From Alphaproteobacteria bacterium MarineAlpha5_Bin5 (lineage in GTDB: Bacteria > Pseudomonadota > Alphaproteobacteria > HIMB59 > GCA-002718135): 64,000 bases of DNA. The DNA is taken from assembly GCA_002938205.1 (NCBI GenBank), contig PTKZ01000003.1, positions 23,667 through 87,666 on the forward strand, read 5' to 3'. The notes below the pieces were generated by a model, which saw only the letters and a program-made list of their open reading frames with translations, was not told the DNA's origin and searched no databases. Position numbers and translations under genes: made by a program. Numbering within the stretch: the first letter of the stretch is position 1; each line of letters starts with the position of its first letter. Shown here piece after piece: positions 60,225-64,000 of this stretch.

Positions 60225-60311
60225 ATCTCTTTCCTATCAATTAAATATGGTATTTTAAAGAGCTACTTTGATAATCTTCAATTTAAAAGAATTTGCTGTA
60301 TATAAACAGTA

Positions 60312-61229
60312 ATGAAAATCTTACCGTCAGACATAACACCGTATTCAATCTATATTAATAGAAGGAAATTTATTAAAGGTGCTGGTGCAGCTGCTCTTTC
60401 CTTTAGTATTTCTAGAAAAACTCAAGCAAATCACATTGGAGATAATGATCTTTACAAAGAACTTCTTGATAATAATGATACACTTAACACTTTCGAAGAA
60501 ATAACAACATATAATAATTTTTATGAATTTGGTATGGGCAAAACAGATCCCTATAAAAATTCAGGTAGCTTTAATCCAATACCATGGACTATTAAATTAG
60601 AAGGGTTAATAAACAAACCTAAGACCATTGATTTAGAGAAACTACTGTCTCTCGTCACTATTGAAGATCGCGTTTATCGATTGCGTTGTGTAGAAGCATG
60701 GTCGATGGTAATTCCTTGGCAAGGTTTTTCTTTATCTAAATTAATTAAAATAGCAGATCCATTAAGTGCAGCAAAATTTGTTCAATTTGAAACAATATTT
60801 CGTCCAGAAGAAATGCCCGGCCAAAGAAGACGAATCTTACCCTGGCCATATGTTGAAGGTTTAAGAATCGATGAAGCTATGCATCCACTGACTATTTTAT
60901 CTACAGGTTTATATGGCCATGATTTATTAAATCAAAATGGCGCACCTATTAGATTAGTAGTTCCTTGGAAATATGGATTTAAATCAATTAAATCAATTGT
61001 AACTATTCGTTTTGTTGACAAAGAACCTAAGGCAACATGGCCTATGACTGCACCAAGTGAATATGGGTTTTACTCTAATGTTAATAGTCTTGTTGACCAT
61101 CCACGATGGAGCCAAAGCACAGAAAGAAGAATTGGTGAATTTAAAAGAAGAAAAACAATGATGTTTAATGGTTACGAAGAGGAGGTTTCACATCTTTACA
61201 AAGGTATGGATTTAAAAAAGTTTTATTAA
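60312..61229 (+). CDS. msrP: Protein-methionine-sulfoxide reductase catalytic subunit MsrP (YedY)
   Basis: 305 aa with the Tat signal [21 protein letters not shown] and [15 protein letters not shown]. Confidence 0.92.
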   Translation: MKILPSDITPYSIYINRRKFIKGAGAAALSFSISRKTQANHIGDNDLYKELLDNNDTLNTFEEITTYNNFYEFGMGKTDPYKNSGSFNPIPWTIKLEGLINKPKTIDLEKLLSLVTIEDRVYRLRCVEAWSMVIPWQGFSLSKLIKIADPLSAAKFVQFETIFRPEEMPGQRRRILPWPYVEGLRIDEAMHPLTILSTGLYGHDLLNQNGAPIRLVVPWKYGFKSIKSIVTIRFVDKEPKATWPMTAPSEYGFYSNVNSLVDHPRWSQSTERRIGEFKRRKTMMFNGYEEEVSHLYKGMDLKKFY

Positions 61230-61232
61230 GCA

Positions 61233-61838
61233 ATGCTGACAACAAAATTCATTAGAAGAAACAAGCTTATTATTTTTTTCCTATTGATTACACCAAGTAT
61301 ATTATGGTCATATCAATTCCTTTCAGGTGCATTAGGTGTAAATCCAATTGAAAAGCTAATGGATGAATTAGGTTTAATGGCTTTGCGCCTAATCATTGCT
61401 ACACTTTTTATTTCTTCTTTAGCTGAGTTTAGATTTTTACGATCACTTATTGAGATTCGAAGAATGATTGGTTTATTCGCTTTTTATTATGTTTGTTTAC
61501 ACTTTTTATCATATATTATTTTAGATCATTTTTTTGATATACAATTTATAATAAAGGATATTATTAAAAGACCTTTTATTACATTTGGCTTTATCAGTTT
61601 TCTCGCTCTAATACCTCTTGCAAGCACTTCAACAAAATCATGGATAAAAAAATTGGGTTATAAGACTTGGAAAAAAATTCATTATCTAATCTATCTTGCA
61701 GCTATTTTATCTAGCATACATTTTTTTATGTTGGTACGCGTTAATAAAATTGAACCAGCAATTTATATTGGTTTAATTTTATTATTATTAATTTATAGAA
61801 TTTATAAAAGAATTATTTATCCTCTCTGGGCTCAATAA
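61233..61838 (+). CDS. msrQ: Protein-methionine-sulfoxide reductase heme-binding subunit MsrQ (YedZ)
   Basis: 201 aa with six hydrophobic segments and conserved His residues. It lies directly after msrP. Confidence 0.88.
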   Translation: MLTTKFIRRNKLIIFFLLITPSILWSYQFLSGALGVNPIEKLMDELGLMALRLIIATLFISSLAEFRFLRSLIEIRRMIGLFAFYYVCLHFLSYIILDHFFDIQFIIKDIIKRPFITFGFISFLALIPLASTSTKSWIKKLGYKTWKKIHYLIYLAAILSSIHFFMLVRVNKIEPAIYIGLILLLLIYRIYKRIIYPLWAQ

Positions 61839-63051
61839 CTGGAGTTAATTCCATTCCAGCTGGTGTAATGTTACGAGGCAGCGGAACATATTGTGATTCT
61901 AAATCTGTAGGCTTAGGTCGCTTAGCCATTCTATATATTCCAAACAAACCAAGACTACCATGAATTATAAATAAATAGATAAAAAAACCATTTGATCCAA
62001 ATACGACCATAGTACTAGAAACAATGATTGGGCCTAAAATTGATCCGACACCAAGCAATTTAGTGATAGTGGAACTAGCAGATACAATTTCATCTGGGTT
62101 AAGAAAATCATTTGTATGTGCTACTACAAGAGAATAAATTGGCAGACACATACTTGAAAAAATTGCTGCTAAAATAAAAAATAAAATTAAAGAGATGTAT
62201 GAAGAAATGGCGATCAATACGCTAAGACCGGCAGCAATAAATGTAACAGCAATTAGTATTATTCTTCTATCAATTTTATCTGAAACATAGCCTATTGGCC
62301 ATTGTGATAAAGCACCAAAAGAAGTAATAACTATCATAAAGATTGATACCTCAAAAACACTAAGACCCCTAGCGGTAGCATAAACAGCCCCATAACCAAA
62401 TACAGCACTATGAGACAATCCTGTAAACAGCGCTCCGATGAATCCTAAAGGAGATACTGCATAAAAATCAGTTATCGAAAAACTTTTTGGATTTGTTATA
62501 TCAGGCTGCTCTGTTGTTGATAATAAGATTGGAAGTAATGCAAAAGACAATAAAACAGACACAAGTATAAACAAATCTACTTTTGCTGGATTACTCAAGT
62601 TTAATAGAAGCTGACCTAGGCCAAGAAACACAAAAGTTACAATCATATATATTGATAAAAGTTGCCCTCTTGTTTGGTTAGTAGATTTATCATTTAACCA
62701 ACTTTCCATTATAATGAATATTCCGGATAAACTAATTCCAGTCATTATACGTATTAAAAACCAAGAATAGGGATCTAAAAAAACAGAATGTAATAAAATT
62801 GCTATAGATGCTAAAGACGCTAATGCAGCAAAAACTCTAATATGTCCAACACGTTTTAAAAAAATAGGTATTATGATAGAGCCTAATAAAAAACCAACAT
62901 AATATCCAGCTACAATTAATCCAGTTGATATATAAGTAAACCCTTCTAATACTGATCGAACACCAATTAATGATCCTTGCAATCCATGTGCTAAACAAAT
63001 TAAAGCAAACCCAAAAAAAAGAGCCCAAGTATTACGTAGGACAGTTAACAT
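61813..63051 (-). CDS. MFS transporter
   Basis: 412 aa with about 12 transmembrane segments. Its 3' end overlaps the msrQ 3' end by 26 nt. Confidence 0.8.
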   Translation of the reverse strand: MLTVLRNTWALFFGFALICLAHGLQGSLIGVRSVLEGFTYISTGLIVAGYYVGFLLGSIIIPIFLKRVGHIRVFAALASLASIAILLHSVFLDPYSWFLIRIMTGISLSGIFIIMESWLNDKSTNQTRGQLLSIYMIVTFVFLGLGQLLLNLSNPAKVDLFILVSVLLSFALLPILLSTTEQPDITNPKSFSITDFYAVSPLGFIGALFTGLSHSAVFGYGAVYATARGLSVFEVSIFMIVITSFGALSQWPIGYVSDKIDRRIILIAVTFIAAGLSVLIAISSYISLILFFILAAIFSSMCLPIYSLVVAHTNDFLNPDEIVSASSTITKLLGVGSILGPIIVSSTMVVFGSNGFFIYLFIIHGSLGLFGIYRMAKRPKPTDLESQYVPLPRNITPAGMELTPVIEPREDK

Positions 63052-63071
63052 TATTTTATTTTTTAAATTGT

Positions 63072-63428
63072 TTAGTATTCTTCTTCGTTTTCTTCTGTAG
63101 GCTTGATTCCTACATCAACAGCCGGATCAATATCTGTTTCATCTTCAATTAACACTGTATCATCTTCTAAATTATCTTCTGAATTATCTAAATCCAAATT
63201 TTCTATATCTAGATCATCTTCTTTTTCTTTTGGTTTTGGAGGAATAGGGTTTGTAAGTGGAGCAGCATTAGTACTACCAGGTTTTCTTCCTCTTCTTGGT
63301 CTTGACATTGTAGTAACTTCTATTTCTTTTCCACATTCTGGACATTCTAGTTCACTACGACCTAAGTCATAATATTGTTTACTACACATCGGACAGATTC
63401 TTTTAAGGCCCCAAGATTCTTTATACAT
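63072..63428 (-). CDS. TIGR02300-type (FYDLN_acid) zinc-ribbon protein with acidic tail
   Basis: 118 aa. GLKRICPMCSKQYYDLGRSELECPECG is followed by a D/E-rich C-terminus. Confidence 0.8.
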   Translation of the reverse strand: MYKESWGLKRICPMCSKQYYDLGRSELECPECGKEIEVTTMSRPRRGRKPGSTNAAPLTNPIPPKPKEKEDDLDIENLDLDNSEDNLEDDTVLIEDETDIDPAVDVGIKPTEENEEEY

Positions 63429-63430
63429 TT

Positions 63431-63592
63431 TTACTCTTTATTTTTTATATATGTTTTTCCACAATAACTACAAACAATTTTATCCAGATCGTTAAAGGTA
63501 TAGTAGACTGCCGGGTGTCCTAAACTATCTTCACCGCCATCGCAACAAATAGTTTCAGTATCTGGGTCAACTTTTATTGTTTCTTTGTCCAT
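63431..63592 (-). CDS. Zinc-finger (zf-CHCC/NDUFS6-like) small protein
   Basis: Not in the ORF track because it is under 60 aa. Hand translation of the minus strand gives 53 aa: MDKETIKVDPDTETICCDGGEDSLGHPAVYYTFNDLDKIVCSYCGKTYIKNKE. The C.DGG..LGHP.VY....VCSYCG pattern is the zf-CHCC signature. Its stop lies 2 nt before the next start. Confidence 0.75.
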   Translation of the reverse strand: MDKETIKVDPDTETICCDGGEDSLGHPAVYYTFNDLDKIVCSYCGKTYIKNKE

Positions 63593-63625
63593 TAGTTTTT
63601 CTATAAAAAAAATAATCTAATAAGT

Positions 63626-64000
63626 CTATATTTTTTGGCTTAATTCTCTTGCTATTTTAATACTTTCTTCAAAATAAGCATGATGTTTAGGAAGTAATTC
63701 AAAATTTAAGTTTGTATTTTTTGGTAGATTGATTTCGTCAAAAATTTTTTCAAAAGGAATTGTTCCCCATCCAAGAGGAAGATGTATATCTCCTAATCCG
63801 TAACTTACAGCTTCTTGCTGAATATAGGTTCGCATTTTTTGAAGGATGCCAAATGAGTCATGCATATGAACATGCTCACTTAATGGAGCCATATCTTTAA
63901 TTTCGTTGATAAAATGTGAATTTTGATATGTACAATTTATATAGGCATGAGAAATATCTAGGCATGCTTTTATTCTTTTATGATTAATTTTATTTAAATT
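63626..64000 (-). CDS. Sugar phosphate isomerase/epimerase (xylose isomerase-like TIM barrel), N-terminus outside window
   Basis: The frame stays open from 63892 to the window edge (…HKRIKACLDISHAYINCTY…MAPLSEHVHMHDSFG…). The pattern is consistent with the AP endonuclease 2/xylose isomerase-like fold. Confidence 0.55.
   Translation of the reverse strand, partial: NLNKINHKRIKACLDISHAYINCTYQNSHFINEIKDMAPLSEHVHMHDSFGILQKMRTYIQQEAVSYGLGDIHLPLGWGTIPFEKIFDEINLPKNTNLNFELLPKHHAYFEESIKIARELSQKI

Overview
This is an AT-rich, very gene-dense chromosomal segment. I call about 71 protein genes. Most intergenic gaps are under 60 nt and many genes overlap by 1-50 nt. I found no rRNA, tRNA, CRISPR array or mobile element. 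Gene content and synteny are alphaproteobacterial: a Tim44-like/Smr pair, hslVU beside hisBHAFE, rph divergent from hrcA-grpE, dnaKJ, and msrPQ. The streamlining resembles SAR11/Pelagibacterales-type marine bacterioplankton, but that is inference from composition and gene order because no database search was possible.

Contents, in order:
- Envelope genes: GH24 lysozyme, DUF3108, a GT39 ArnT-like transferase and a tandem PAP2 phosphatase.
- hslVU, then hisBHAFE plus a HIT protein.
- A DolP-like BON lipoprotein, rsmI and an LpoA-like lipoprotein.
- rdgB-rph, hrcA-grpE, dnaKJ, dapB, nth, pyc and upp.
- A BMP-type nucleoside ABC transporter.
- katG, then cupin-ribA-hisI-thrS-cysS.
- A very AT-rich pabBAC-folPBK block.
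- cdd, a purine nucleoside phosphorylase, deoA and an O-methyltransferase.
- An Hsp20 gene and a metal/iron locus: an N-terminal-His protein with HupE, then a DUF4856-like protein, a His-box hydroxylase and fbpAB, with a convergent M48 peptidase-fbpC pair.
- add, adenosine kinase, a DMT transporter, an orphan family-5 binding protein, msrPQ, an MFS transporter, two small zinc-ribbon proteins and a partial sugar-phosphate isomerase.

Most interesting observations:
1. Two perfect palindromes, TTAGAAT-N-ATTCTAA, match the Irr/ICE box. They flank the HupE pair and precede an iron-uptake operon with uncharacterised members.
2. A tandem PAP2 with a degenerate second domain sits with GT39 and DUF3108 directly downstream of hslVU, which has a sigma-32-type promoter.
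3. Sigma-32-type promoters precede hslVU, dnaK and the Hsp20 gene. The Hsp20 leader also looks like a ROSE-type RNA thermometer.
4. An intercistronic hairpin occludes the start codon of the nucleoside transporter ATPase.
5. rsmI and the LpoA-like gene overlap head to head.
6. A 53-aa zinc-finger gene is missing from the ORF track.

All functional calls rest on motif recognition by eye, not on searches.
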